From Gammaproteobacteria bacterium (GTDB taxonomy: Bacteria > Pseudomonadota > Gammaproteobacteria > VBWC01), in NCBI GenBank assembly GCA_023266115.1, contig JAHFRU010000006.1, positions 67,496-131,495 on the forward strand: a stretch of DNA of 64,000 bases. The letters are read 5' to 3'. The position numbers were made by a program, and so were the translations under genes. Position 1 is the stretch's first letter. Each line of letters starts with the position of its first letter. The notes below the pieces were generated by a model. The model was not told the origin of the DNA, did not search any database, and saw only the letters and a program-made list of their open reading frames with translations. Below, one piece after another: positions 40,107-50,193 of the stretch.

Positions 40107-41423
40107 TCAGGCAGCCCCTGATTCCTGCATGACGCCACGCGCCGCCGCGATACCGCTGCGTATCGCGCCCTCAAGTGTGGCTGGATAGCCGGTTGCCGTA
40201 TAGTCTCCCGCCAGCCACAGGCCGCGCACCGGCGTACGATTTGCCGGGCGCATGGCGTTGACCTCGGGTCGCGCAACGAAGGTTGCATGTTTCTCCCGTA
40301 TCACGTGCCAGTCGACCGGCGGTGGCCAGTGCGGAAAAAGCATGGCCATTTCACGGATGACGGTTTCCGCTAGTGTTTTTTTGTCTGCGTCCATGTGGTT
40401 GCCGGTGCCGCTGATGACCACGGCCATGAGGCCCGCCTGCCCGTTGCGAGCGCGATCAAACACCCATTGCGCGGTGGTGTCCACCAGGCCTATCAGTGGT
40501 CGGCTCAGTGTGGTTCCCGATGCATACTGTATATAGATCGTGCAGATTGGCGCCTCCGGCATTGCGCCGATCGTTTCGGCGAGCGGGAGCAGTATCGGGT
40601 GGGGTGCGAGCAAACGATGACACGTCGTCGGCGGTACAGCGAGAATGACGTGGTCCGACCAGACATTCTGGTGTGCCACGGATACCGCGCTAATCGCATG
40701 TTCGCTGATCCGCAGGGCGTTGACGCGGTGTTTCATTCGTATCGTTCCGCCGTGCGCTTCGACGTAGCGCCCCGCCGGTTCAGGAAATACTGCACCGAGA
40801 TCCCGGCGGGTGAGTAATAAATCGGCGTCGCGGGACTGACGGGTGAATACGTCGCGCATAACTCGTAGAAACAACCGTGTCGATGCTTCGTCCAGCGAGG
40901 TATTCATGGTGGCGAGACACAGGGGTTCCCATAGCCGTTGCCGCAGCGAATCCGGTTGCCGATGCTGTTCCAGCCATTGCGCGAGGCTGGTATCGCGGTC
41001 GGTGGTATCGCGCCGTAACAGCAACGAGGTGCACAGGCGTACGAGATCCATTTTTTCGCTAAAATTTATGCCGGTCGCGCGGTACAGACCGGATACCATG
41101 TGAAGCGGCGCTGGTTGCCTTGGCAGCGATATTCGGACAGGAGCTGTGCGCAGCCCGGTCATGAACAGTTCCAGCGGAAGCCGCTCGAATACGTCTTCTT
41201 CGTTGACGCCGACGATATGCATCAGGCGCAACATATCGTGATAGGCGCCGAGCATCAGGTGCTGGCCGTTATCGATGCGGTAACGATTGACCTCGACCGT
41301 GCGGGCGCGGCCGCCCAGCTGGCCGGCCGCTTCGATCACTGTGACCGGGATCCGGTGCGAAGTCAGCTCAACCGCCGCGGCCAGCCCAGCCCAGCCACCG
41401 CCGACAATAGCGACCGGCGTCAT
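40107..41423 (-). CDS. hpnE: Hydroxysqualene dehydroxylase
   Basis: IVGGGWAGLAAA FAD motif, LGGRAR, IDNGQHLMLGAY, EKHATF, AGDYT.TGYPATLEGAIRSG. Downstream of hpnCD. Confidence 0.93.
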   Translation of the reverse strand: MTPVAIVGGGWAGLAAAVELTSHRIPVTVIEAAGQLGGRARTVEVNRYRIDNGQHLMLGAYHDMLRLMHIVGVNEEDVFERLPLELFMTGLRTAPVRISLPRQPAPLHMVSGLYRATGINFSEKMDLVRLCTSLLLRRDTTDRDTSLAQWLEQHRQPDSLRQRLWEPLCLATMNTSLDEASTRLFLRVMRDVFTRQSRDADLLLTRRDLGAVFPEPAGRYVEAHGGTIRMKHRVNALRISEHAISAVSVAHQNVWSDHVILAVPPTTCHRLLAPHPILLPLAETIGAMPEAPICTIYIQYASGTTLSRPLIGLVDTTAQWVFDRARNGQAGLMAVVISGTGNHMDADKKTLAETVIREMAMLFPHWPPPVDWHVIREKHATFVARPEVNAMRPANRTPVRGLWLAGDYTATGYPATLEGAIRSGIAAARGVMQESGAA

Positions 41424-41438
41424 CGGCGGAGATACCGC

Positions 41439-42353
41439 TCAAGGCTGATGTGGATCGCGATCATGCGGATCGTTGCCACCTGATTGATTCGGCTTGCGCC
41501 GTATCTGCGCATCGCGGCGCTTTTCGCTGCGCGATGTACGCCATGCGATCCAGAGCTTGCGCAACGGCGTTAACGCGATCCGATGCTCAAGCACCCGGTA
41601 GCCGTCAACGGCGATTTCATCGAGAGTCTTCAGATAAATGGCTGCCATGATAAGTCCGGAGCGCTGCGCGTAGCGGTCAACATCCGGTAATTGCTGAAAG
41701 GCCTGCTGATAGTAGCGCCGCGCCCGCTCGCCTTGATACTCCAGCAGCTGGCGCATGTTGTCGGACATGCGATGCTCCGTGATGTCGCTGTGACTGACAC
41801 CGAAGCGCAAGACTTCGTCCAGCGGGATATACACCCGGTCGCGCCCCGCGTCTTCACGTACGTCACGCAGGATATTCGTCAATTGAAACGCCGTTCCCAG
41901 GTCCTTGGCATACTTTTGCGTTTGACGGTCCTGGTAGCCGAATATCTCGGCAGCCATCAGGCCAACGACGCCGGCGACGCGATAACAATAGAGGGCGAGT
42001 TCACGAAATGAAGGGTACGAGGAATAGGTAAGGTCCATTTCCATGCCATCGATGATTTCCTGGAAATACTCCGCCGGCAGTTCATAGCGGCGTATCGCCG
42101 GGAGCAGCGCCTTGGTCACCGGGTGTCGCGGCGCGTCGCCGAACATTCTGGCGATCTCCTCACGCCACCACTGTAACTTGGTCCGGGCGACCGCTGCATC
42201 GTGGCACTCGTCCACCACATCGTCGACCTCACGGCAAAACGCGTATAACGCAGTAATAGCCTCACGCCGTTCGGTAGGCAGGAACAGGAAGCTGTAGTAA
42301 AAGCTTGAGCCGCTCTTGGCGGCTTTGTTTTCGCAGTACTGTTGCGGGGTCAA
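41439..42353 (-). CDS. hpnD: Presqualene diphosphate synthase
   Basis: KSGSSFYYSFLFL, YAFCREVDDVVDE, YCYRVAGVVG, AFQLTNILRDVREDA. Confidence 0.93.
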   Translation of the reverse strand: MTPQQYCENKAAKSGSSFYYSFLFLPTERREAITALYAFCREVDDVVDECHDAAVARTKLQWWREEIARMFGDAPRHPVTKALLPAIRRYELPAEYFQEIIDGMEMDLTYSSYPSFRELALYCYRVAGVVGLMAAEIFGYQDRQTQKYAKDLGTAFQLTNILRDVREDAGRDRVYIPLDEVLRFGVSHSDITEHRMSDNMRQLLEYQGERARRYYQQAFQQLPDVDRYAQRSGLIMAAIYLKTLDEIAVDGYRVLEHRIALTPLRKLWIAWRTSRSEKRRDAQIRRKPNQSGGNDPHDRDPHQP

Positions 42354-42483
42354 TGAGTGTTCCGTCGGTTAATGTGCCTGATGTTGCCTCGCTGCGGTGC
42401 CGTTATGGCACGAATCCCGATTGATACGGCCCGCCACGGTTGACGATGATACGGTACCAGGCCATTCTGCCGCCAGCTCGTAT

Positions 42484-43347
42484 CTATCTGCGCAGGCATG
42501 CTCGTGCAATGATGCCTATCCAGTCTTTTTTTCCGAGGCGTGGTCGGGCATAAACATCCGGTTGTGTGGCGATTGCGTCAAGCACGCGTAATCCACCCAT
42601 GACGGTGCAGCGGATTTCCAGGCCAATCCGTCCGGGCAAGCGCGCGCCAAGCGGCATTCCGGACTGCAGCAGCGTACGGGCGCGATCGGTTTGAAATGCG
42701 ATGAGCCGTTTCATCGCGGGTCCGTTCCGCTGCTGCGATATATCTGCTTCCGGAATGTCGAACTGTGCCAGCTCATCCTGCGGCAGGTAGATGCGTTTGT
42801 TTTCGTCGTAGTCCTGCCTGATATCCTGCAGAAAATTGATCAGTTGCAGCGCGGTGCAGATATTGTCGGAATCGTTTATGTTTCGGGCACTGTTTTGTCC
42901 ACATAGTTCCAATACCAGTTGCCCGATCGGGTTCGCTGAATAGCGGCAGTAACCTGACAATTCCGTGAAGCTGGCGTAACGTTTTTGTTTTACGTCCATG
43001 CGGAATGCGGTGAGCAGGTCGTGGAAATGGCCGATGGACAGTTGGTGCCGGTTTACGACATCGCATAGCGCGATAAAGATCGGCTGTTCTTCGATGATGC
43101 TGTGTTGGTTTAATGCATCCAGGGCGCGAGCATATCCGTCGAGCAACGCCAGACGTTGTTCGTCAGGGATGCCGCCTTCGTCGGCGAAGTCGTCTGCAGT
43201 GCGGGCAAAGGCGTAAATGACGCTGATCGGGCGCCGAAGTTTCGCCGGCAACAGCAGCGAGGCGACCGGGAAATTTTCATAGTGACGGCGCGTAATCGTC
43301 GCACAGTGGTCATATGCCTGGTTCAGACGTGGATCGCTGCGGGTCAT
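42484..43347 (-). CDS. hpnC: Squalene synthase HpnC (hydroxysqualene synthase)
   Basis: HYENFPVASLLLP, YAFARTADDFADEG, YCRYSANPIG, ICTALQLINFLQD. Confidence 0.93.
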   Translation of the reverse strand: MTRSDPRLNQAYDHCATITRRHYENFPVASLLLPAKLRRPISVIYAFARTADDFADEGGIPDEQRLALLDGYARALDALNQHSIIEEQPIFIALCDVVNRHQLSIGHFHDLLTAFRMDVKQKRYASFTELSGYCRYSANPIGQLVLELCGQNSARNINDSDNICTALQLINFLQDIRQDYDENKRIYLPQDELAQFDIPEADISQQRNGPAMKRLIAFQTDRARTLLQSGMPLGARLPGRIGLEIRCTVMGGLRVLDAIATQPDVYARPRLGKKDWIGIIARACLRR

Positions 43348-43589
43348 GATCTGCGTGCCCCCTGTTTGCCGGTCTCGACGGGTCGTTCGGGGAAAACATA
43401 GGCGATCCGTACGATTTTACGGCGCTGACGGCCCCCGGCGTGTCCGTTTAAGTTAAAATCCACCGCCCCTTCGCCGCTAATTGGTTGCAGAGTGTCTGGG
43501 CGCGGCCTGTGGGAAGCACGCACGTCCGGTTCGGATCATCAGACATTAATAAAAAAAGCATTATATATCAGGAGGCTTTGCTAGGCCTA

Positions 43590-45320
43590 ATGGACTTTTC
43601 CTCGATGTTGCGCCGTCGGAAGTGGTCATTGCTTATTCTCGTCAGTATCGGGCTGGCGATAACCTTGGCGCTGGTCACCAGCTGGCCGAGTTTTTACCGT
43701 TCGACAGCGACGATTTCCATTGAGGAGTATCTGACTGCGGGCGATCTTCAAGGTATCCCGGTCGTCGAGTATGCCGCCGCGCGGCTACGACAAATTAACT
43801 CACTTACCGGTACGAAAGAAGGTCTGGCTAACATGATAACCGCTGCCGGCGTATATTCGGAAAAGCGGGGATCGGCGAACGATAACGGACTGGCGGACTT
43901 TGTGCGGCGTCGCGCGTCGATCGATCTGGTCGGTGCGAAGGTCGAGCCGGTCGACGGGGAAAGGGCCGGCAAAATGAATTTGACCTATACGGTCGCCTAC
44001 CGTGATACGGATCCGACCGTCGCGAAACAGGTGGCCGACAGCCTGGCCGAAACACATATGGCTGAGAACAGGCGGTTAATGGCAAGCAAACGCGCGGAGA
44101 GGAGCGCGCGGCTAACAGAACGTCAAGTACAGCTCGATGAGAAACGGCTGGCTTTGGGCGGTCAACTTGAAGCGATCAATAAGCGCATCGATCAATCGCG
44201 ACCGGCGGATGCCGAAAATCGAGCGTTGCAAGCGGCCGACGCGAAACAGCGCGCGGCAGCGGCCCGAACGAATCTTGACTCCACGGTGAGCAGTATCGCT
44301 GGACTGGAGGACGAGCAAGGCCGCCTGGAACACGCGCTGGCCGGGCACGAGCCGGTGATCGTGGTCACGCGTGAGGAAAAAATAGCGATCAATCTTGATG
44401 CCAGAAAGAAAGAGCTCACTATCGAACTTGAAGCAGCGACGGCGCGCCATGGGAGCAGTCACGCGGAAGTAAAGAAAATGCAGAAGTCGCTGGATGAGAT
44501 AAACCTCCGCATTCGGCAGCGGGGCGCGGCGCAAACAAAACGAGCTGAATTGAGCGAGCTGCGCAAGGTGCTCGATCGTATGCGCAAAACCAAGCCGGCC
44601 AACGATCCGGATCTCGTGATGATGGCTGAACTTGAACAAAGGTTCATGCAGGAAATCGCCACGCAGTCGCCGGAGCTGATAGAAACCCGTGTGCTCGAGA
44701 CCAAGCGCCCGAATCCTGAATATCAGTCGCTTGAAAGCAATTTGCGCGCTGTGCGGGAACGTCACAGAATGGCTGTCGAAACAGCCAATGCCTTGCGCGC
44801 TTCCGTTGGCGCGCTGGAAGAGGAGTCGGCCAGGCTGGCGGCTGCCGACCGGGACCAGGATGACTTGGTTCGGCAACGGCAGGCGCTGAAGGCGAGTTAT
44901 GCCGCGGCTGTTGCGGAACTGGAAAAATTTTCCAAAGCGAGCGATATTGCACTAGAGGACGGGGGTGGCGAGGTGACGCTCGTCAAGGCGGCGCAGTTAG
45001 CGGCCTACTCCGAAAAATCGGGTAGTTATGTTGTGTTAATTGTCGGCGTAGTTGTTTCCTTGGCGCTCGGCGTACTCTACGTGTGGTTGAGAAGTCGGGG
45101 AGATGTGGCTGTGCGGAGCATCGCTATGCTGGCGCGATTGACCGGGAAGACCCGCTCGACCGTTGTGATACCGTATATTTTCACGGAGGCGGAACTCCGG
45201 CATGTCCGGATGCGATCCGCGCTTAGCGGTGTAGCGTTGGCGGGCGGAGGGTTGCTATTAATCGCGGCCGTGAATTATGTGCGGCACCCGTTGAGCGAAT
45301 TGTTCGCCCAGCTGTTTTGA
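43590..45320 (+). CDS. Polysaccharide co-polymerase / chain-length determinant (GumC/Wzc N-terminal type), divergent
   Basis: LRRRKW + TM1 + YRSTATISIE, YRDTDP.VAKQVADSLA, long coiled coil, TM2, VIPYIFT, extra C-terminal TM. Start approximate. Confidence 0.75.
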   Translation: MDFSSMLRRRKWSLLILVSIGLAITLALVTSWPSFYRSTATISIEEYLTAGDLQGIPVVEYAAARLRQINSLTGTKEGLANMITAAGVYSEKRGSANDNGLADFVRRRASIDLVGAKVEPVDGERAGKMNLTYTVAYRDTDPTVAKQVADSLAETHMAENRRLMASKRAERSARLTERQVQLDEKRLALGGQLEAINKRIDQSRPADAENRALQAADAKQRAAAARTNLDSTVSSIAGLEDEQGRLEHALAGHEPVIVVTREEKIAINLDARKKELTIELEAATARHGSSHAEVKKMQKSLDEINLRIRQRGAAQTKRAELSELRKVLDRMRKTKPANDPDLVMMAELEQRFMQEIATQSPELIETRVLETKRPNPEYQSLESNLRAVRERHRMAVETANALRASVGALEEESARLAAADRDQDDLVRQRQALKASYAAAVAELEKFSKASDIALEDGGGEVTLVKAAQLAAYSEKSGSYVVLIVGVVVSLALGVLYVWLRSRGDVAVRSIAMLARLTGKTRSTVVIPYIFTEAELRHVRMRSALSGVALAGGGLLLIAAVNYVRHPLSELFAQLF

Positions 45321-45347
45321 TCAACGATCGGAAAGACGGATATTTTA

Positions 45348-46235
45348 ATGTCGATTTCCCGCATCGAAGAGGCGCTCCGGAAGGCGAAGGAGGCAAAGCA
45401 GGCGCCGTCGCCGGTCAGGCAGCCCGTGGATCGTGCACCGCAGGCGGCCATCCGCGAGCCCGGTAATGTCACCGTTCCGGAACCGCCCGTATCGCCGGTC
45501 GTGCGGCCCGCTGCTCGACCAGCCATTGCGCCACCCGGCATCAGTTTTCGTTTTGACGATGGACGGATAGTCAACGTACCGTTCTCCAGGCTGCGAAAGA
45601 ACCGGGTTATTACCGCAGGCGATAAAAGCAGGTGGGTCGCACGGTTCCGCGATCTTCAGCTAGCGGTTCAAGGACCCGGTCTCATTAAATCGGGTGCGCC
45701 TGTCGTCGCAGTGATGAGCGCCAACCCACGTGAGGGCAGGACATTGTGCGCGATTAATCTGGCGATGAGTCTGGCGGCGTCAAGTGCGGAGCCGGTGATA
45801 CTGATGGATATGGATTTCTTCAAGCCGGCAATGCACGCATTTCTCGAGATTTTGCCGGACACCGGATTGACGGATGTCCTGGAGGGCGGCAAGGAGATAG
45901 CGGATATCCTTGTTCGGGCAGAGGCGGAAAAGTTGATACTTGTTCCTGCGGGACCGCGATCCCGTAGCCATGTGGCGTTACTCACGCGCGACAACGTGCG
46001 TGCTGTTATCGGGAAGCTGCGGGCACTGTTTCCATCGTCTGCATTGATCGTTGACCTGCCGCCGTTGTCATTGAACATCGATACGTCAATATTCGAAGGT
46101 ATTGTCGATCACGTTGTGCTGGTGGTCGAGGAGGGGAAGACGCCGCGGGGGGATGTTCTGCGGGTATTGGGCAAGCTGAAATACGTCGAGCACGTAGAGT
46201 TGGTGTTGAACAAGGCGGTGGCAAGTAGCATCTGA
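45348..46235 (+). CDS. CpsD/CapB-like BY-kinase homologue with degenerate catalytic motifs
   Basis: MS..RIEEALRKA start, VAVMSANPREGRTLCAINLAMSLA (Walker A-like), ILMDMD (A'), LIVDLPP (B), VVLVVEEGKT, VLNK. Confidence 0.85.
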   Translation: MSISRIEEALRKAKEAKQAPSPVRQPVDRAPQAAIREPGNVTVPEPPVSPVVRPAARPAIAPPGISFRFDDGRIVNVPFSRLRKNRVITAGDKSRWVARFRDLQLAVQGPGLIKSGAPVVAVMSANPREGRTLCAINLAMSLAASSAEPVILMDMDFFKPAMHAFLEILPDTGLTDVLEGGKEIADILVRAEAEKLILVPAGPRSRSHVALLTRDNVRAVIGKLRALFPSSALIVDLPPLSLNIDTSIFEGIVDHVVLVVEEGKTPRGDVLRVLGKLKYVEHVELVLNKAVASSI

Positions 46236-46392
46236 AACCAATATTATATGGCCGTCGCCCGGTGTCAGGCGACGAATATGGAACGCGGTCTGGTTGACAT
46301 CATTCGTGTTGAGATTCCCTGTCCATCTATAATATTCGCGGGGTTCTGCGATTTTCTCCCGGGTTTATTCATATGGGGTGCTATGAGCGATT

Positions 46393-47397
46393 ATGAGTAA
46401 TTCCACCGTACTGGTTGTTGGCGGCGCCGGCTATATTGGTTCGCATATGGTGAACGCATTGCTCGGGGCCGGCCATCGCGTTGTCGTGCTGGACGATTTG
46501 TCGCGAGGACATCGCGATCTGGTTCCTGGCGGGACTTTTATCGAGGGCGACCTCGGTGATCGGCCGGTGCTTGAGGATATATTCGACACTCATCGCATCG
46601 ACGCTGTCATGCATTTTGCGGCGTTGTCGCTTGTGGGCGAGTCAGTGGAAAAGCCGTTACTCTATTATCAGAATAACGTCGCGAAAACCTTGACGCTTAT
46701 TCAGCAGATGGACCTGTTTGGCGTGGACAAATTTATTTTTTCCTCGACAGCTGCGGTTTACGGCGAGAGTGGGGACGGGCCGATCGATGAAGGCCGTCGT
46801 TGTGATCCGGTAAATCCATATGGCGTTACCAAAATGGTCATCGAGCGTGTGCTCCAGGATTGCAGCCGTTCGCAGGGCATCAAGTCCGTGTGTTTACGGT
46901 ATTTCAATGCAGCCGGTGCCGACGAATCCGGCCGTCTGGGGGAGCGTCATGAACCGGAAACACACCTCATTCCAATCATATTGCAGGTCGCTGCGGGCAT
47001 TCGGGATCAGGTCAAGATATTTGGCACGGATTATCCGACACCGGACGGCACCTGTATCCGGGATTACGTGCACGTGAACGACCTCGCGCAGGCACACCTG
47101 CTGGCACTGGATTCGTTATTGGCCGGCGGGCAAAGCAGGATATACAACCTCGGTAATTCTCGCGGACGGTCCGTGCGCGAGGTGGTTGATACCGCGCGCG
47201 CGGTGACCGGGCACGCGATTCCGTGTATAGAAGCCCCCCGGCGTGCTGGCGACCCTGCGGTGCTCGTTGCTGATTCCCGAAAGATTCGTGAGGAACTGGG
47301 ATGGAAGCCGCGTTACGAAGACCTGACCACGATCATAGCCACGGCCTGGCAGTGGCATCAGCGCGAAATGGGCAGCGCCGCGGCGCGCGTCAAATGA
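46393..47397 (+). CDS. galE: UDP-glucose 4-epimerase
   Basis: [62 protein letters not shown]. Confidence 0.95.
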   Translation: MSNSTVLVVGGAGYIGSHMVNALLGAGHRVVVLDDLSRGHRDLVPGGTFIEGDLGDRPVLEDIFDTHRIDAVMHFAALSLVGESVEKPLLYYQNNVAKTLTLIQQMDLFGVDKFIFSSTAAVYGESGDGPIDEGRRCDPVNPYGVTKMVIERVLQDCSRSQGIKSVCLRYFNAAGADESGRLGERHEPETHLIPIILQVAAGIRDQVKIFGTDYPTPDGTCIRDYVHVNDLAQAHLLALDSLLAGGQSRIYNLGNSRGRSVREVVDTARAVTGHAIPCIEAPRRAGDPAVLVADSRKIREELGWKPRYEDLTTIIATAWQWHQREMGSAAARVK

Positions 47398-47783
47398 GCC
47401 TGCGTATCCAGAACAAGCCGTTCGCTTACCTGTCGATCTTTTGGATGGCGGTCATATACTTTCTCTCGTCACGTCCCGGCAGTGATTTCCCGGCGATGTT
47501 TGTTGGCGCCGATAAACTGGTCCATTTTGCTGTTTTTGGCATGCTTGGGCCGCTGATTACAGGTGCGCTTGGTCGACCAGGAACAGGCGACCCGTGGGGC
47601 CGGATTTTGCTGGTGACGGTTGTCGTGGCACTATACGGTGTGCTGGATGAGTTCCATCAGAGCTTCGTGCCGGGGCGAACTTCGAGCGCAGGCGATGTTA
47701 TGGCGGATGCCGCGGGCGGTTTTGTCGCAACGGCCGGCGCCTATCGTTTCTGGCTGCCTTTCGACAAGGCAGGACATGGATAA
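47394..47783 (+). CDS. VanZ family membrane protein
   Basis: [36 protein letters not shown]...[13 protein letters not shown] overlap with galE. Confidence 0.85.
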   Translation: MSLRIQNKPFAYLSIFWMAVIYFLSSRPGSDFPAMFVGADKLVHFAVFGMLGPLITGALGRPGTGDPWGRILLVTVVVALYGVLDEFHQSFVPGRTSSAGDVMADAAGGFVATAGAYRFWLPFDKAGHG

Positions 47784-47816
47784 TCGCAAAAAATATCATC
47801 GAGTAGTGGAGGACAT

Positions 47817-49097
47817 GTGAAAACGGTTGCAGTGATAGGGTTGGGATATGTCGGATTGCCGCTTGCTATTGCATTCGGCAAAAAGTTTTCGACCATCGGT
47901 TTTGACATCAATCCGGAAAGAATACGGAGATGTCGTCAGGGCGACGGGATTGACCTGGATATTACACCGGACGATTTCAAACAGGCGCGGCTGCTCGAAA
48001 TTACCGACGATCCGGCGGCGCTGAAACGGGCAGATTACGTGGTAATTGCGGTGCCGACGCCGGTTGATGGGGCGCATCGTCCCGATTTCGGCCCGTTGAT
48101 CTCGGCAAGTACGCTGGTCGGAAAGCACCTCAAGAAAAACGCCATCGTTATATATGAGTCGACAGTGTACCCGGGGGCTACCGAGGAGGTCTGCGTGCCG
48201 GTGCTGGAGAGTCAGTCCGGAATGAAATGGCGTGAAGGTTTCAACGTCGGTTATTCTCCGGAGCGAATTAATCCGGGCGATAAGATACATACGCTGGAAA
48301 ATATCGTCAAGGTAGTTTCGGGCGATTGCGCAGCGACTCTTGATAAAGTCGCCGAATTGTATGCGAGCGTTATTACGGCGGGTGTTTGCCGAGCTTCAAG
48401 CATCAAGGCAGCCGAGGCGGCAAAAGTTATCGAAAATACGCAGCGTGACCTGAATATCGCGTTGATGAACGAGTTGGCCATGGTTTTTAACATTATGGGA
48501 ATCGATACCGTCGAGGTGCTGGAAGCGGCTGGCACGAAGTGGAATTTTCTGCCGTTCCGGCCGGGCCTCGTTGGCGGACATTGCATAGGCGTTGATCCAT
48601 ACTACCTGACACACAAGGCCGAAACGCTCGGATACCATCCGCAGGTGATACTCGCAGGTAGGCGTATCAATGACGGGATGGGCAAGTTCGTCGCCGAGCA
48701 GACCGTAAAGAAGTTGATCGCCAGTGGCAGCGCCATTCGCGGGGCCAGGGTCAGTGTGCTTGGCTTGAGTTTCAAGGAAAATTGCAATGATTTGCGCAAT
48801 ACGCGCGTCATCGATGTGATCAATGAGCTGCGTTCCTATGGCATCGACGTGTCGGTGCATGATCCAGTTGTCGATAGCGGCCATGCTCGCCATGAGTACG
48901 GTATCGACCTTGTGTCGTGGGATGATCTGCCCGTGGCCGATGCGATGGTGGTGGCAGTTGCGCATGACGCATTTACCGCCACGGACGTATCCGCTTATGC
49001 AGGCAAAATCGTCTCCGGGGGCGTTTTCGTCGACGTCAAGTCGGCTTTTGATCGGGGCGCATTGGAGAATGCTGGCCTCGAAGTGTGGAGGCTGTGA
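47817..49097 (+). CDS. Nucleotide-sugar dehydrogenase (UDP-N-acetylhexosamine C6 dehydrogenase, TviB/WbpO-like)
   Basis: [72 protein letters not shown]. Confidence 0.92.
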   Translation: MKTVAVIGLGYVGLPLAIAFGKKFSTIGFDINPERIRRCRQGDGIDLDITPDDFKQARLLEITDDPAALKRADYVVIAVPTPVDGAHRPDFGPLISASTLVGKHLKKNAIVIYESTVYPGATEEVCVPVLESQSGMKWREGFNVGYSPERINPGDKIHTLENIVKVVSGDCAATLDKVAELYASVITAGVCRASSIKAAEAAKVIENTQRDLNIALMNELAMVFNIMGIDTVEVLEAAGTKWNFLPFRPGLVGGHCIGVDPYYLTHKAETLGYHPQVILAGRRINDGMGKFVAEQTVKKLIASGSAIRGARVSVLGLSFKENCNDLRNTRVIDVINELRSYGIDVSVHDPVVDSGHARHEYGIDLVSWDDLPVADAMVVAVAHDAFTATDVSAYAGKIVSGGVFVDVKSAFDRGALENAGLEVWRL

Positions 49098-50122
49098 TGC
49101 CACGTAAAGTATTGGTTACCGGCGCTGCCGGATTCATCGGGTCGACGCTCTCGCTCAGACTTCTTGCCCACGGCGATCACGTCCATGGAATCGACAACCT
49201 GAACGACTATTACGATGTATCGCTGAAGGAGGCACGTCTGGCGCGGTGTGTTGCATCCGGGAATTTCACGTTCGACAAGCTCGATATTGCGGATCGCGCC
49301 GCGATGGCCGCGTTGTTTGGCAAGCATCGGTTTGATGTGGTCGTTAACCTGGCCGCGCAGGCTGGAGTCCGCTATTCGATTGAGAATCCGCACGCCTATA
49401 TTGACGCCAATCTGGTCGGGTTCGGCAATATCCTGGAGGGCTGCCGGCATTCGAAGGTCAAGCATCTGGTGTATGCCTCCACCAGCTCGGTCTATGGCGC
49501 CAATACCAAGTTGCCGTTCTCGGAGCACGACAACGTGGATCATCCGGTGTCACTTTACGCCGCGACGAAGAAAGCCAATGAGTTGATGGCGCACAGCTAC
49601 GCCCATCTGTACAAACTACCGGTGACGGGGCTGCGTTTCTTTACCGTATACGGTCCATGGGGCAGGCCCGACATGGCGCTGTTCAAGTTTACCAAGGGGA
49701 TTCTCGCCGACGAGCCAATCCCGGTGTTCAACAGAGGCGAGATGACGCGTGATTTTACCTATATTGACGACATCGTCGACGGAATAGCCCGGGTAATGGA
49801 CAAGGCGCCGGTTTCTGACAAGGCCTGGTCCGGCAACCACCCTGACCCGGCGACGAGCTATGCGCCGTATCGGGTATTCAATATCGGCAACAATCAACCG
49901 GAAAAGCTGATGAGGTATATCGAGGTTCTCGAGGCCGCGTTGGGCAGGAAGGCGAAACTCGATCTTTTGCCGATGCAGTTGGGAGATGTGCCGGCGACCA
50001 TGGCGGATACAACGGAACTGGAGCGTGCGGTTGGCTACAAGCCAGCGACGACGATCGAGGTAGGCGTCCGGAAATTTGTCGAGTGGTATCGGGGGTACTA
50101 CACTGGGTCGGCGCGCCGGTAA
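49097..50122 (+). CDS. NAD-dependent epimerase (UDP-glucuronate 4-epimerase-like)
   Basis: [64 protein letters not shown]. Confidence 0.92.
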   Translation: MPRKVLVTGAAGFIGSTLSLRLLAHGDHVHGIDNLNDYYDVSLKEARLARCVASGNFTFDKLDIADRAAMAALFGKHRFDVVVNLAAQAGVRYSIENPHAYIDANLVGFGNILEGCRHSKVKHLVYASTSSVYGANTKLPFSEHDNVDHPVSLYAATKKANELMAHSYAHLYKLPVTGLRFFTVYGPWGRPDMALFKFTKGILADEPIPVFNRGEMTRDFTYIDDIVDGIARVMDKAPVSDKAWSGNHPDPATSYAPYRVFNIGNNQPEKLMRYIEVLEAALGRKAKLDLLPMQLGDVPATMADTTELERAVGYKPATTIEVGVRKFVEWYRGYYTGSARR

Positions 50123-50193
50123 GCAGGTTGCTATGACGACAGGGAATGCCGGATTTTGAGACGTGTAACGGAACAGCAGGGAACGGGGCGGTA

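Noticed and set aside
42406..42422. TGGCAC sigma-54-like site between hpnC and hpnD
   Set aside because: It lacks the -12 GC at the required spacing and points away from hpnD.
43348..43590. JUMPStart/ops element ahead of the polysaccharide genes
   Set aside because: No GGCGGTAG ops motif seen.
46233..46281. Selenocysteine recoding (TGA plus downstream hairpin) in the kinase homologue
   Set aside because: The position does not correspond to a known catalytic Cys in BY-kinases and the hairpin cannot be validated as a SECIS by eye. Kept only as a generic readthrough or fossil-tail hypothesis.
47394..47783. VanZ as a glycopeptide-resistance gene
   Set aside because: VanZ-family proteins are common in EPS loci, and no van ligase or regulator genes are present.
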